Origin: Porphyromonadaceae bacterium UBA7555
GTDB lineage: Bacteria; Bacteroidota; Bacteroidia; Bacteroidales; Muribaculaceae
Assembly: GCA_002478045.1 (NCBI GenBank)
Contig: DLLT01000008.1
Coordinates: forward strand, 1,803 to 65,802
Direction of reading: 5' to 3'
DNA: 64,000 bases
Position numbers and translations under genes: made by a program. This document shows, piece after piece, positions 18,355 through 28,774 of this stretch (positions within the stretch are counted from its first letter, which is position 1; every line of letters starts with the position of its first letter). Below the pieces are notes generated by a model. The model ran no database searches, was not told the DNA's origin, and saw only the letters and a list, made by a program, of their open reading frames with translations.

Positions 18355-21300
18355 ATGAAAAAGCTGTTTCTATTACTTGTGACAGTACTTTCGCTCAGCG
18401 TGTGTGCATCTGCTCAGATGCGCACGGTTGTCGGTACCGTCCTCGAAGAAGGCGGCGAAAATGAACCCATTGTTGGAGCTTCTGTAACTCCCGCCGGCAG
18501 TAAACTTGGCGTAGTTACGGACTTTAACGGCGAGTTCCGTCTTCAAGTAGCCGCCAACGTCAAGAACATTACCGTGTCCTCCGTAGGTTATACGTCCAAG
18601 ACCGTAGCCATCACTTCCGGACACATGACGATCACTCTTTCGTCCTCGTCTACTGTACTCGATGAGATGGTGGTTGTGGCATACGGACGTGAGAAAAAGA
18701 GCGAGTACACCGGCTCGGCTTCCGTAGTGAAGGCCGACCAGTTGCAGGACGCTCTTGTATCCAATGTCACCAATGCACTTTCCGGTAAGATGGCCGGTGT
18801 GCAGACTATGTCGTCCAACGGTGCACCCGGTCAAGGATCATCGGTACTCATCCGCGGCGTCGGCTCTATCAACGGTTCCACAGCTCCGCTTTATGTAGTC
18901 GATGGTTTCCCCTACGAAGGTTCGATCAATGATATCGCTTCGAGCGATATCGAGAGCATCACCGTGCTCAAGGATGCCGCTTCCACCGCCCTCTATGGTG
19001 CTCGTGGTGCCAACGGTGTCATTATGATTACGACCAAGCGCGGTAAGGCCGGTGAAGCACAGGTCACTTTTGACGCTCGTTGGGGCGGCAACTCGCGTGC
19101 CCTGAGCAACTACGATGTCATCACCGATCCCGGCGAATACTTCGAGACGCTCTATCGCTCGTTCTACACCACTCGCTATATGGACAGTGAGCAGGGTGGC
19201 GATGTACTCGCAGCCCACCGCTATGCCAACAGCAGCATCTGGGGTGCTCTGGGTCAGCGCACTTACAGCGTGCCCGACGGTCAGGATCTTATCGGTCTCA
19301 ACGGCAAGTTCAATCCCAATGCCACACCCGGTTACAGCGATGGTAACTACTACTATACTCCCGATAACTGGGCCGATGAAACATTCCGCACAGGTCTGCG
19401 TCAGGACTACTCACTGAGTGTACGTGGTGGCGTTGATCGTTTCACATACTACCTGTCCGCCAACTACCTCGGTGACGAGGGTATTCTGGAAGGTTCGCAC
19501 TTTAAGCGTCTGAGCACTCGTGCCGCTGTCGAGTATCAAGCCAAGGATTGGCTGAAGATCGGCACGCAACTCAACTATATCTACAAGAATACCGGTTATC
19601 CCGATTCACAGACATCCGCAAGCTCCAACTCTTCAGCCAACGCTTTCGCCGTAGTCAATGAATTGGCCCCCGTCTTTCCCATCTATGTTCGTGATGCTCA
19701 AGGCAGAGTGATGTACAACGAATACTATGGCAAGCCCTTGTATGACTTCGGTCTGCCTACCGACTATGGTTACGGCCGTCTGGCTACTCGTTCGTCCGGT
19801 GCATGGGCTACCGCCAACCCCGCCGGTGCACTCGCTTACGACAAGCGCGAATTTATTTCCGACGTCTTCAACGGAAAATGGTATGCCATTCTGACCCCGC
19901 TCAAAGGCCTTACCGTCAGCGGTACAGCCGAGCTCTATCTCGTCAACCAAAAATTCAATGAGCTCAACAACTCGTTGTATGGTCAGCTCGCTTCTTTCGG
20001 CGGCAGAGTACAACAGCAAATGAGCCGCACAAGCACCGTCAGCTTGCAGGGCTTGGTTGACTATACTCGCACTTTCGGCGAGCATACGGTCGGTGTTATG
20101 GCCGCCGTTGAGTCTCAGGACTACCGTACCGAATATGTTAGCGCCAGTGGCCAAAACCTCTATCAGCCCGATGTAGATGTGGTAAACAATTCGATTGACA
20201 ACCTGCTTGGCTCCGGCGCACGTGCCGCTCTGGGTCACCGCTCGGTACTTGCTCGTCTTAAATACAACTTTGCAAACCGCTACTATCTGCAGGCATCTTG
20301 GCGTCGTGACGGAAGCTCCGCTTTCGCTAAGGATCACCGTTGGGGTTCGTTCTGGTCTGTATCGGCCGGTTGGGATATCAACCGCGAGGCTTTTATGGCC
20401 GAAGCGAAAGACGTTGTCGATTTGCTGAAATTCAAGGCTTCTTTCGGCCAAAACGGTAACGATAATATCTACGATTCGACTCTCCTGCAAGCATATCAGG
20501 ACTACTACACAATGCGTGGTAGTGATGGCGTGTTCTCCGACTCCGAACTTGCTTACAAGGGTAATCCCGATATCACTTGGGAGAAATCCAACAACTTTAA
20601 CGTAGGTTTTGATTTCAGTTTCTGGAAAGGCAAACTTGCCGGTACATTAGAGTACTACAGCCGTCAAACCTCCGATATGTTGATGTACCTTCCCGTCAAC
20701 CCGTCGCTGGGTTACAGTTCATATCCCAAGAATGTCGGTTCGATGCGTAACAACGGCTTCGAACTCGAGCTCAACTACAATGTCTTCAAAAACAAGAATA
20801 TCGATGTCAGCGTATTCGCCAACGCAACTCTGCCGTCGAACAAGGTTCTCGATATCGAAGACGCATTGAAGAACAACAACGGACAATGGGAATATTCCTC
20901 AACACGTATCATCGAAGAAGGCAAGTCCCTATACAATATGTGGCTTGTACACTATGCAGGCGTTGACGAAAACGGTGTTGCACTCTATACTGCACGCCGA
21001 AATGTCAAGGACGAAAACGGTAATGATATCCAAATCGGTACCGGCTACCTCGGCGAACCCATCTATCAGACCGAAGAGTATACCACTACCGACTATTCCA
21101 AAGCTCGCAGTACCAATCGCAAAGAAACGGGCAATATTATGCCCAAGGTTTATGGCGGTTTCGGTCTCGATGCCAAGGCTTACGGCTTTGATCTCAGCGT
21201 ACAGTTTGCATATCAAGCCGGCGGTAAGATCTTCGACAGCACCTATCAGGGCTTTATGGATCCCGGAACATCTTCGTACCTCGGCAGAACTTGGCACAAA

Positions 21301-21639
21301 GATATAGCCAAGGCATGGAGCCCGACAAACACCAATACCGATGTTCCGCGTATGGCTAATGAGGGTCTTGCTTCGCAGTACGCAAATGCCACCAGTGATC
21401 GCTTCCTGATTTCGAGCAACTACTTGTCGCTTAACAATATCACCCTCGGCTATACCTTCCCGAAAGCATGGACAAGCAAGCTCGGTCTTGGCGAACTGCG
21501 CATCTACGGCGCTGCCGAGAATGTTGCTCTTTGGAGCAAACGCAAAGGACTTGACCCACGTCAAGGATTCTTGTCATCGAACAACTCGACCTACTCGCCC
21601 ATCCGCACCGTTTCCGGCGGTCTCCGCGTAAGCTTCTAA
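18355..21639 (+). CDS. SusC/RagA-family TonB-dependent outer-membrane transporter
   Basis: 1094 aa. Signal peptide, a carboxypeptidase-regulatory-like N-domain (VVGTVLEE...GASV), a plug (VVVAYG...VLKDAASTALYGARGANGVIMITTKRG), and a C-terminal ...GGLRVSF. Confidence 0.95.
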   Translation: MKKLFLLLVTVLSLSVCASAQMRTVVGTVLEEGGENEPIVGASVTPAGSKLGVVTDFNGEFRLQVAANVKNITVSSVGYTSKTVAITSGHMTITLSSSSTVLDEMVVVAYGREKKSEYTGSASVVKADQLQDALVSNVTNALSGKMAGVQTMSSNGAPGQGSSVLIRGVGSINGSTAPLYVVDGFPYEGSINDIASSDIESITVLKDAASTALYGARGANGVIMITTKRGKAGEAQVTFDARWGGNSRALSNYDVITDPGEYFETLYRSFYTTRYMDSEQGGDVLAAHRYANSSIWGALGQRTYSVPDGQDLIGLNGKFNPNATPGYSDGNYYYTPDNWADETFRTGLRQDYSLSVRGGVDRFTYYLSANYLGDEGILEGSHFKRLSTRAAVEYQAKDWLKIGTQLNYIYKNTGYPDSQTSASSNSSANAFAVVNELAPVFPIYVRDAQGRVMYNEYYGKPLYDFGLPTDYGYGRLATRSSGAWATANPAGALAYDKREFISDVFNGKWYAILTPLKGLTVSGTAELYLVNQKFNELNNSLYGQLASFGGRVQQQMSRTSTVSLQGLVDYTRTFGEHTVGVMAAVESQDYRTEYVSASGQNLYQPDVDVVNNSIDNLLGSGARAALGHRSVLARLKYNFANRYYLQASWRRDGSSAFAKDHRWGSFWSVSAGWDINREAFMAEAKDVVDLLKFKASFGQNGNDNIYDSTLLQAYQDYYTMRGSDGVFSDSELAYKGNPDITWEKSNNFNVGFDFSFWKGKLAGTLEYYSRQTSDMLMYLPVNPSLGYSSYPKNVGSMRNNGFELELNYNVFKNKNIDVSVFANATLPSNKVLDIEDALKNNNGQWEYSSTRIIEEGKSLYNMWLVHYAGVDENGVALYTARRNVKDENGNDIQIGTGYLGEPIYQTEEYTTTDYSKARSTNRKETGNIMPKVYGGFGLDAKAYGFDLSVQFAYQAGGKIFDSTYQGFMDPGTSSYLGRTWHKDIAKAWSPTNTNTDVPRMANEGLASQYANATSDRFLISSNYLSLNNITLGYTFPKAWTSKLGLGELRIYGAAENVALWSKRKGLDPRQGFLSSNNSTYSPIRTVSGGLRVSF

Positions 21640-21690
21640 GGCTTAGTACTACAACACACATTCCCAATAACTTTTTATAGGAATAAATAT

Positions 21691-23373
21691 ATGAAATACA
21701 TCAATAAAGTCGTAGTATCGGGCATCGCATTGGCACTTGCCACGGCATCCTGCGCCGACCTCGACACCAAATACGAAGGCGGCTATGTAACAGCCGGCCA
21801 AAAGCAGACATCGTTGGAGAATAAAGCCGAACTTGCTTCGGCTTCGGTTACCGGCGGTTTCAATGCTTTCTTCACGTGTCTGACACACTGGAGTAATCAC
21901 AAGGACTTCGGTTATCCGTCTGTTATGATCGGACTTGATCTTCAGACAGAAGACTATATCACCAAGAACTCCGGTTACAACCACTATAACGTTTACGAGG
22001 CTTATGCCGGCGGTTCTGACAGCAGTTATCCTGCAGCGATGCTTTGGACTTATCAGTACGAGCAGATCAAGGTCTGCAACGACATTCTGACCACCATTAC
22101 GCCCGAACTCGCCGAGAATAACAATGAGCTGAAGTTCTATCGCGCTCAGGCATTGGCTCTTCGTTCGTATGATTACTGGACACTGGCTCAAGTATACGCT
22201 TTCAACTATGACGGCTATGCCGATGCTCCCTGTGTGCCTATTCTGACAGAAGAGAATGCCACGGATGTTGCGCTCAACGGATGCGCTCGCGCTACCGTAG
22301 CCGAAACTTATGTCCAAATCATGAAGGATATCAATGGGGCTATCGAGTTGTTAGACAACAACCCCGTGAAGCCGTCCGATGTTATTGATACCCAGAGCAA
22401 ACGTCTCGTGTCCAAGGCTGTGGCCTATGGTCTGCGCGCACGTTACTACCTGTCCATGCACAAATATACTGAAGCAGCTCAGGATGCCCAGAGCGCCATC
22501 GCTGCTTTCGAAGGCCGTCCTTACAGTGTAGAAGAAGTTGGTGCTCCCGGTTTCACCACTATGTCCGATCCTTCGTGGATGTGGGGTGTTGCTATTAGCG
22601 AGACTCAAGACGGTATTGCCGACGGTTCGATTGTCAACTTCCCCTCAATGACCTGCTCTTTCGTACACGGTTATACCGATCAGGGCGGTGTATGGAAATG
22701 GTGTTCCAAAAAACTGTATGACAAGATTCCTTCGAGCGACGTTCGCAAAGGCTGGTGGCTTGACGAAAATCGTAAGAGCAAGAACCTGAGTGCCGCACAG
22801 CAGGCATATATTGACCAGTTCGCTATTGCAGCTCCTTCCTATGCCGGCGATAACACAACTAACATAATGCCTTATACCAACGTCAAGTTCGGTCCTTACC
22901 AAGGAATTCTCGGCCAAGCTCTCAATGCTTCCGATGTACCCTTGATGCGTATCGAGGAAATGTATCTGACACTTGCCGAAGCTCAAGGAATGAGCGGAAA
23001 CCTTGCCGGCGGCAAGCAGACCCTCGAATCATTCATCAAGACCTATCGTGACCCGAAATATACTTGCAAGGCCACCACTGCCGAAGAATTCCAAGACGAG
23101 TGCTGGTTCCAGCGCCGTGTCGAACTTTGGGGCGAAGGTCTCGCATATTTCGACACCATGCGTCTGCACAAGGATATTGACCGCGTGGGTTGTACCTTCC
23201 CCTCTGCTTACGTGTTTAAGATCAAATACGGCGCAGACGAACGTCTGACCCTGATCCCATACGAAGAGACCACAGCCAACAAGAAGATCAACCCGTACAC
23301 TGAAGGCGAAGTGACCATGAATACAAACAACAAGTCGTATTCGATGCCAGATCCTATTCCCGACCAATATTAA
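21691..23373 (+). CDS. SusD/RagB-family nutrient-binding lipoprotein
   Basis: 560 aa. Lipobox LATASC followed by acidic residues. TPR-like helical core with EMYLTLAEA and RRVELWGEGLAYFDTMR. Confidence 0.93.
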   Translation: MKYINKVVVSGIALALATASCADLDTKYEGGYVTAGQKQTSLENKAELASASVTGGFNAFFTCLTHWSNHKDFGYPSVMIGLDLQTEDYITKNSGYNHYNVYEAYAGGSDSSYPAAMLWTYQYEQIKVCNDILTTITPELAENNNELKFYRAQALALRSYDYWTLAQVYAFNYDGYADAPCVPILTEENATDVALNGCARATVAETYVQIMKDINGAIELLDNNPVKPSDVIDTQSKRLVSKAVAYGLRARYYLSMHKYTEAAQDAQSAIAAFEGRPYSVEEVGAPGFTTMSDPSWMWGVAISETQDGIADGSIVNFPSMTCSFVHGYTDQGGVWKWCSKKLYDKIPSSDVRKGWWLDENRKSKNLSAAQQAYIDQFAIAAPSYAGDNTTNIMPYTNVKFGPYQGILGQALNASDVPLMRIEEMYLTLAEAQGMSGNLAGGKQTLESFIKTYRDPKYTCKATTAEEFQDECWFQRRVELWGEGLAYFDTMRLHKDIDRVGCTFPSAYVFKIKYGADERLTLIPYEETTANKKINPYTEGEVTMNTNNKSYSMPDPIPDQY

Positions 23374-23504
23374 CAGCAAATAGACGATAAGTAAGCTCAT
23401 CGCTCCTCTCTCCTCCTTTTTCTCCTCAGCGAGGTACGAACCGACGGTCACGACCTCGATACAAAAGCAAATAAATCATTAAACTGATCTAAACTGCACA
23501 AACA

Positions 23505-25400
23505 ATGAAATTATTCAAATCATCCATACTTGCTGTGTTGGCCCTTGGCGCTACGCTGACCTCCTGCAACGAAACCTCGGACGTGACATACGTCCCCGGT
23601 GCGCAGGATCCCGGCGCGTTCTTCGCCTCGGATATCAATACGGCAATCGTGGTCGCAGAAGATGCTACTTCGGCTGAAATCCAAATCAACCGTACCAGCG
23701 ACCTCATCACCGAAGCCAACATTACGGCTGTCGACGAAAGCAAATTATTCACCATCCCCGGCACGGTAGTGTTTGACGAAGGCAAAGGCAACACACCCCT
23801 GACCATTACCTTTGACCCCAATAAGCTTGAATTAGGTAAGGCTTATCCCGTTAAACTAACCATCGCCGATGCCTCGACATACGGCCAGGCCTCTTGTGAG
23901 TTCACCATCACCCGCGGATCTGCCGGCGTTACCGAAAAATTCGGTGAAGGCACGGCTGTGTATGTAGAGTCCGGTGATGTATATTGGGATGCGATGGAAT
24001 TGGAAGTTGCCGTAAGCAAGACTTATAACCCGTCCAATCCCACCAAGGATGTCGCCATTAAGGTATATGGCGGCTCATCGGAAGGGCCTGCGCTGTATCC
24101 CACCGGTACCACGCTTGATATCCAGTGCCCCGACTTCACACCCGATGCCGATGGCAACGTAACCGTATTTGTAGCGCCTATCTATATCAACGAGAGCGAG
24201 AAGTATGGTCATGTATACTATGCCGACATCTATTCGTATTGCTTGGCGGTTCCCGGTGCTTCGGACAATCCCGAGAAGTATAAGAATATGAGTACTTACA
24301 ATGTCAACACCGGCGTGTTCTCGCTCTACATGGTTGCATATTGCAGCGAAGGCATCTTCGGTGACGGATACGCATACATCAATATGGACGGTTTCCCTGT
24401 TTATGATGTAACCGTAAATTACGAAGGCTATCTGACCAAGGCAGACGGATCATATCAAGCACTTGCTACTGTAACTTCCGGCAAGGATGCCGCTACCGTA
24501 CGCGCCGCAGTTGTTGCCGGCGAAGATCCCCAGGCACTTGTAAAAGTATTGACAGGTAGTGATGATAGCAAGTATGTCGAATTCGAGGGCGGTGGCGAAA
24601 AAGAAGTACGTCTCGACTTCGACGGCGCCGGCAAATACCTGATCGGTGCTGTAACATTCGACTCCAAGGGCGAAGCACAAAAGGCCAACTATGCCGCTTT
24701 CGAAGTTGTTCTTAGCGGTGATGATGCAGACTGGAAATCCATCGGTAATGCCGACTTCGTCGACGGCTGGATTCTTGGCGGTTATCTACCGGAAGGAAAG
24801 ACAACTATGGACTACCTCTATGCAGTCGAGCTGCAACAGAACAAAGAAAACAGCAATCTCTATCGCCTCGTACAACCTTGGGGCTCGGCTTCGCCTATCG
24901 CAGCTTATAATACCAACCCGCGCAAGCGCAACCTCGAGTTTACAGTCGGCGCCAAAACGGTGTTTATTGCCTCTCAGGAAGCAGGCTTTGCTGATGATCA
25001 AGGCGAATACTCGGTAGGCAACTATGAAGGTATCTTGAGTGCAAATAATCCCGACGCAAGCGAAGATGCTATCTTGGCTTATATGGAGCAGAAAGAAATG
25101 GAAGCCTCTAAGATAGTTTCAGACGAAGATGGTACCTATTTTGAAGTCCCGGTATGTCTCTTTGCTCTCAACGGCGAAGGTTGGTATAACTGGAAGAGTA
25201 ATCCTGTAGGATACATCTTTATGCCGGACGCTTCAGGCGCAATTAAGGCTAAAGTCACTTCGCGCAACATCGCTCGTCCCAACAAGGGTAGCATGCTCAA
25301 AAGCCTGAAAGCTCATCGTGTAAAGAAATCTATGAAGAGCTTCAAGATGGGTCACATGAACTATCTTAAGAATCGTCTGACGCCTTATACGCTTAAATAA
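23505..25400 (+). CDS. Surface lipoprotein of unknown function (third gene of the SusCD locus) with a strongly basic C-terminal tail
   Basis: 631 aa. Lipobox LTSC followed by NETSD, a surface-export-like acidic patch. The composition suggests a beta-rich protein. The last 53 aa have 15 K/R and no D/E. Confidence 0.75.
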   Translation: MKLFKSSILAVLALGATLTSCNETSDVTYVPGAQDPGAFFASDINTAIVVAEDATSAEIQINRTSDLITEANITAVDESKLFTIPGTVVFDEGKGNTPLTITFDPNKLELGKAYPVKLTIADASTYGQASCEFTITRGSAGVTEKFGEGTAVYVESGDVYWDAMELEVAVSKTYNPSNPTKDVAIKVYGGSSEGPALYPTGTTLDIQCPDFTPDADGNVTVFVAPIYINESEKYGHVYYADIYSYCLAVPGASDNPEKYKNMSTYNVNTGVFSLYMVAYCSEGIFGDGYAYINMDGFPVYDVTVNYEGYLTKADGSYQALATVTSGKDAATVRAAVVAGEDPQALVKVLTGSDDSKYVEFEGGGEKEVRLDFDGAGKYLIGAVTFDSKGEAQKANYAAFEVVLSGDDADWKSIGNADFVDGWILGGYLPEGKTTMDYLYAVELQQNKENSNLYRLVQPWGSASPIAAYNTNPRKRNLEFTVGAKTVFIASQEAGFADDQGEYSVGNYEGILSANNPDASEDAILAYMEQKEMEASKIVSDEDGTYFEVPVCLFALNGEGWYNWKSNPVGYIFMPDASGAIKAKVTSRNIARPNKGSMLKSLKAHRVKKSMKSFKMGHMNYLKNRLTPYTLK

Positions 25401-25464
25401 GAACGACATACAACATCACTGTCAGGCGAATATATCGTAACGGCAGTTGGATGAAATGATTATA

Positions 25465-25508
25465 TGAGGGAGTCTCCGCTTGGAGATTCCCTCATTGTTT
25501 TTTCGGCT
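25465..25508 (+). terminator. Intrinsic terminator after the SusCD-lipoprotein operon
   Basis: A 13-bp stem TGAGGGAGTCTCC/GGAGATTCCCTCA with loop GCTT is followed by TTGTTTTTT. Confidence 0.75.
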
Positions 25509-25569
25509 GAAATTGATTACTTTTGTGTCGACTAATGATTAGTTGCATTTTTTTACAAGATTACAATCA

Positions 25570-26472
25570 ATGAGTAATACGCTATATGTCACAGATATGG
25601 ACGGGACACTGCTGGGTACAGACTCGAAGGTCAGTGCTCGCAGTGCGTCTATTCTTGCCGAGTTGTCCGATTGCGGCGCCATGGTGACCGTTGCCACGGC
25701 ACGTACACCGGCGACGGTTGTGCCTTTGCTCAAAGACTGTCACTTGACCGTTCCGGCTATAGTGATGACCGGAGCCGCGCTGTGGAATTGGGGTACTAAG
25801 CATCGGTCGCAGTGCAACGAGCCGAAACGTTCCGAAATGAATGAGAATTTCGGCCACTACGAGGACGAACATTATATCAGCCGCGAGGATATGGCCATCC
25901 TCGACCGTGCATTTACGGCGGCCGGGGTGCATCCCTTTCGCTATATCAGACGGCAGGATGCCGAAGCACTTACCGTGTATCATTCGGCAACGATGAACTC
26001 GGCCGAACGCGCCTTCTACGAGGAACGTGCCCGCCTCTTTCTGAAGCGATTCGAGCTACAAAGCACTATTAGCGAAGACGAGCGCGGCCGCTGTATGCTA
26101 TGCTTCGCTATGGGCGAATATGACACCATAGAAAAAATCGGGGATGTCATTGCCCGAAGCACACAATGCGCCTATTCGCTGTATCCCGACACCTATGACC
26201 GCAGCATCGGACTGCTTGAAATATTCGGATGCGGAGTGAGTAAGGCGGCGGCGGTCAATCGTTTGCGCCGGCGCGTGAGCGCCGACCGTGTAGTCGTCTT
26301 CGGTGACAATCTCAACGATCTGCCCATGATGCGTAGCGCCGATGTAAGCGTAGCTGTAGCCAACGCCCTGCCCGAGGTGCGTGATGCCGCCGACATCATC
26401 ATCGGCCCTAATAGCGAAGACGCCGTTGCGCGCTTCATAGCAGCCGATTACGCGCAGCATCAATCCCGGTAG
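25570..26472 (+). CDS. HAD-IIB (Cof-type) phosphatase
   Basis: Start at the ATG at 25570 (MSNTLYVTDMDGTLL). Contains the C-terminal GDNLNDLPM motif. Confidence 0.85.
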   Translation: MSNTLYVTDMDGTLLGTDSKVSARSASILAELSDCGAMVTVATARTPATVVPLLKDCHLTVPAIVMTGAALWNWGTKHRSQCNEPKRSEMNENFGHYEDEHYISREDMAILDRAFTAAGVHPFRYIRRQDAEALTVYHSATMNSAERAFYEERARLFLKRFELQSTISEDERGRCMLCFAMGEYDTIEKIGDVIARSTQCAYSLYPDTYDRSIGLLEIFGCGVSKAAAVNRLRRRVSADRVVVFGDNLNDLPMMRSADVSVAVANALPEVRDAADIIIGPNSEDAVARFIAADYAQHQSR

Positions 26473-26483
26473 CGAGTATAATT

Positions 26484-26519
26484 GCCATAATAGCCATAAT
26501 AGCTATAACAGCCATATTC
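26484..26519. repeat. Four imperfect 9-bp tandem repeats
   Basis: GCCATAATA GCCATAATA GCTATAACA GCCATATTC, lying 45-80 nt upstream of the -33 element of the next promoter. Confidence 0.7.
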
Positions 26520-26563
26520 CCATATCGGACAAAGCAGCCCGAAGACCCGGTCGAAAATGCCGA

Positions 26564-26595
26564 GTTGCGATATTGGCGGATAAATCGTAACTTTG
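26564..26595 (+). promoter_or_regulatory. Candidate promoter of the acyltransferase / sigma-54 activator / lptE operon
   Basis: GTTG (26564-26567) is followed by a 20-nt spacer and TAACTTTG (26588-26595). The ATG is 33 nt downstream. Confidence 0.55.
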
Positions 26596-26627
26596 TAGGC
26601 TGCAAAGCATCGTAACCATCCAAAGTT

Positions 26628-27551
26628 ATGACAAACACCGAGACAAATACAGACAAAACAGACATACATAGCGACAATACAGAGGTAGATACCATATTCG
26701 GGAAAGTGCCTTTGGTCGTAAACGGACGCAAAACAGCAGTGCTGGACGCCGATGACGTCATCGCCATGGTGCCCAAATTGGCCGGTCATAAGCAGCTTGT
26801 AGAGCGGATATTGCATTGGCTGAGCGTCGATAAGGTCAACGCCGTCCATGCACACAACTGCCAAACGCCCGGCCCGGCTTTTGTTGAAGGCCTATTGCGC
26901 GACTTCGATATAAAATTGCGCGTTGACGGCCTCGATGTGCTCGACAACCTGCCCGAAGGCCCATTTATTACCGTATCCAATCATCCCTTCGGAGCTCTTG
27001 ACGGTATTATATTGATACATCTTATAGCATCGCGACGTCCCGAGTACAAAGTCATGGTCAATATGATTCTCGGACGCATTTGGGCTATGGAGCCCAATTT
27101 CATAGCCGTGGATGCTATGGCATCCAACGACCCGGCCAAGAAAGCCGTTTCCATGCACGGCATCAAGCAGGCCATCGACCAGGTCAAGAGCGGACGTCCT
27201 CTGGGCTTCTTCCCCGCCGGTGCTGTGTCTAAAGTCAATTGGCGCGGCCAACTCGTCGACCGTCAATGGCAACCCAATATTATTCGCCTTATCGACAAAC
27301 TGAAAGTGCCTGTTATTCCGATATACTTCCATGGTAGCAATTCGTGGTTTTTCAACTTCCTGGGCATCGTATGCTGGCAATTGCGCACCCTGCGTCTGCC
27401 CTCCGAGGTTTTCCGTAAATGCCACACCACGATGCATATATCCGTAGGCAATCCCATTACGGTCGAAGAACAACGCGCCCACGCAGGCAGTATCGAAGAA
27501 TTGGGCCTATACCTCAAAGAAGCCACTTATCAATTACGCCAACGCAAATGA
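26628..27551 (+). CDS. Lysophospholipid (PlsC-family) acyltransferase-like protein
   Basis: 307 aa. Contains the acyltransferase block SNHPFGALDG and FPAGAVS. Confidence 0.75.
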   Translation: MTNTETNTDKTDIHSDNTEVDTIFGKVPLVVNGRKTAVLDADDVIAMVPKLAGHKQLVERILHWLSVDKVNAVHAHNCQTPGPAFVEGLLRDFDIKLRVDGLDVLDNLPEGPFITVSNHPFGALDGIILIHLIASRRPEYKVMVNMILGRIWAMEPNFIAVDAMASNDPAKKAVSMHGIKQAIDQVKSGRPLGFFPAGAVSKVNWRGQLVDRQWQPNIIRLIDKLKVPVIPIYFHGSNSWFFNFLGIVCWQLRTLRLPSEVFRKCHTTMHISVGNPITVEEQRAHAGSIEELGLYLKEATYQLRQRK

Positions 27552-28774
27552 CAACCAAGACCTCTCGAAACACGTCCATACTTGTAGTCAACGACATACA
27601 CAGCGGAGCCGTAGATGACCCCGCCGTGAAGAGTGCCAAACTCCGCTTTGGCATCGTCGGTAATGCTCCCGCTCTTGCCGAAGCGATAGCACGTGCCATA
27701 CGCGTCGCCCCCATTGACTTGAGCGTCCTCGTCACCGGCGAGTCGGGATCGGGCAAGGAATTTTTCCCTAAAATAATCCACCAAAATTCGCCGCGCAAGC
27801 ACGCCAAATACATTGCCGTCAACTGTGGCGCCATACCCGAAGGCACCATAGACTCCGAGCTTTTCGGACACGAAAAAGGCGCATTTACCGGAGCCGTAGC
27901 CTCGCGCAAAGGCTATTTTGAAGAAGCCGACGGCGGCACTATATTCCTTGACGAAGTGGCCGAGCTGCCTATGACCACTCAGGCGCGTCTGCTGCGTGTA
28001 CTCGAAACCGGCGAATACCTTAAAGTCGGTTCCTCGGAGGTCCAACGCACCAATATACGCATCGTTGCCGCCACCAATGTCGACTTGCAAAAAGCTATAG
28101 CCGACGGACGTTTCCGCGAAGACCTTTACTACCGACTCTCAACGGTGCAGATAATAGTGCCGCCTCTACGTCGTCGCGGCAACGACATTATGCTGCTTGC
28201 CGGCAAATTCGCGGCCGATTTTGCCGAGAAATACCATATGCCCGGCATCAGTTTTGACGACAATGCACGTCGGGTGCTGCTGACCTATCCCTGGCCCGGC
28301 AATGTGCGCCAGCTTAAAAACATCATCGAACAGATAGCCCTATTCGATGCCGGTACCACCATCACGCGCGAAGTACTGCAAGGCTATCTTCCCGACCGCT
28401 CGAATACGCTGCCGGTGCTCTCCGGAGAAGGCGGCGCACATTCCTACGCTGCCGAACGCGAGATGCTGTTCAACCTCATCTTTAACTTGCGTGCGCGTGT
28501 AGACACCCTCACAACCATCATTCGCGACAGCGGTATAGGTAATGTGGACGAAGACGGACATCGAACGGATATACATTCGACAAATTCGACGTCGTTTATG
28601 CCGCTGACGCCCACCGTCGAAATTGAATCGCAATCAAACAATGCGGCCGGTGAGCGCGAAGCCATACTCAAAGCCCTGCGCGACAATAACGGCCGCCGGC
28701 GCGATGCCGCCGTGCAACTCAACATCTCGGAGCGTACGCTATACCGCAAAATCAAAGAATACAATCTCGAATGA
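27548..28774 (+). CDS. Sigma-54-dependent transcriptional activator (bEBP) with no N-terminal sensor/receiver domain
   Basis: The start at the ATG at 27548 overlaps the upstream stop (ATGA). Contains Walker A GESGSGKE, the GAFTGA loop, ESELFGH-like DSELFGH, and a C-terminal Fis-type HTH (ERTLYRKIKEY). Only ~33 aa precede the AAA+ core. Confidence 0.9.
   Translation: MTTKTSRNTSILVVNDIHSGAVDDPAVKSAKLRFGIVGNAPALAEAIARAIRVAPIDLSVLVTGESGSGKEFFPKIIHQNSPRKHAKYIAVNCGAIPEGTIDSELFGHEKGAFTGAVASRKGYFEEADGGTIFLDEVAELPMTTQARLLRVLETGEYLKVGSSEVQRTNIRIVAATNVDLQKAIADGRFREDLYYRLSTVQIIVPPLRRRGNDIMLLAGKFAADFAEKYHMPGISFDDNARRVLLTYPWPGNVRQLKNIIEQIALFDAGTTITREVLQGYLPDRSNTLPVLSGEGGAHSYAAEREMLFNLIFNLRARVDTLTTIIRDSGIGNVDEDGHRTDIHSTNSTSFMPLTPTVEIESQSNNAAGEREAILKALRDNNGRRRDAAVQLNISERTLYRKIKEYNLE

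Noticed and set aside
26484-26519. A CRISPR array or minisatellite.
   Set aside because: The units are 9 bp, directly abutting with no spacers, and there are only four copies. No cas genes are present anywhere in the window.
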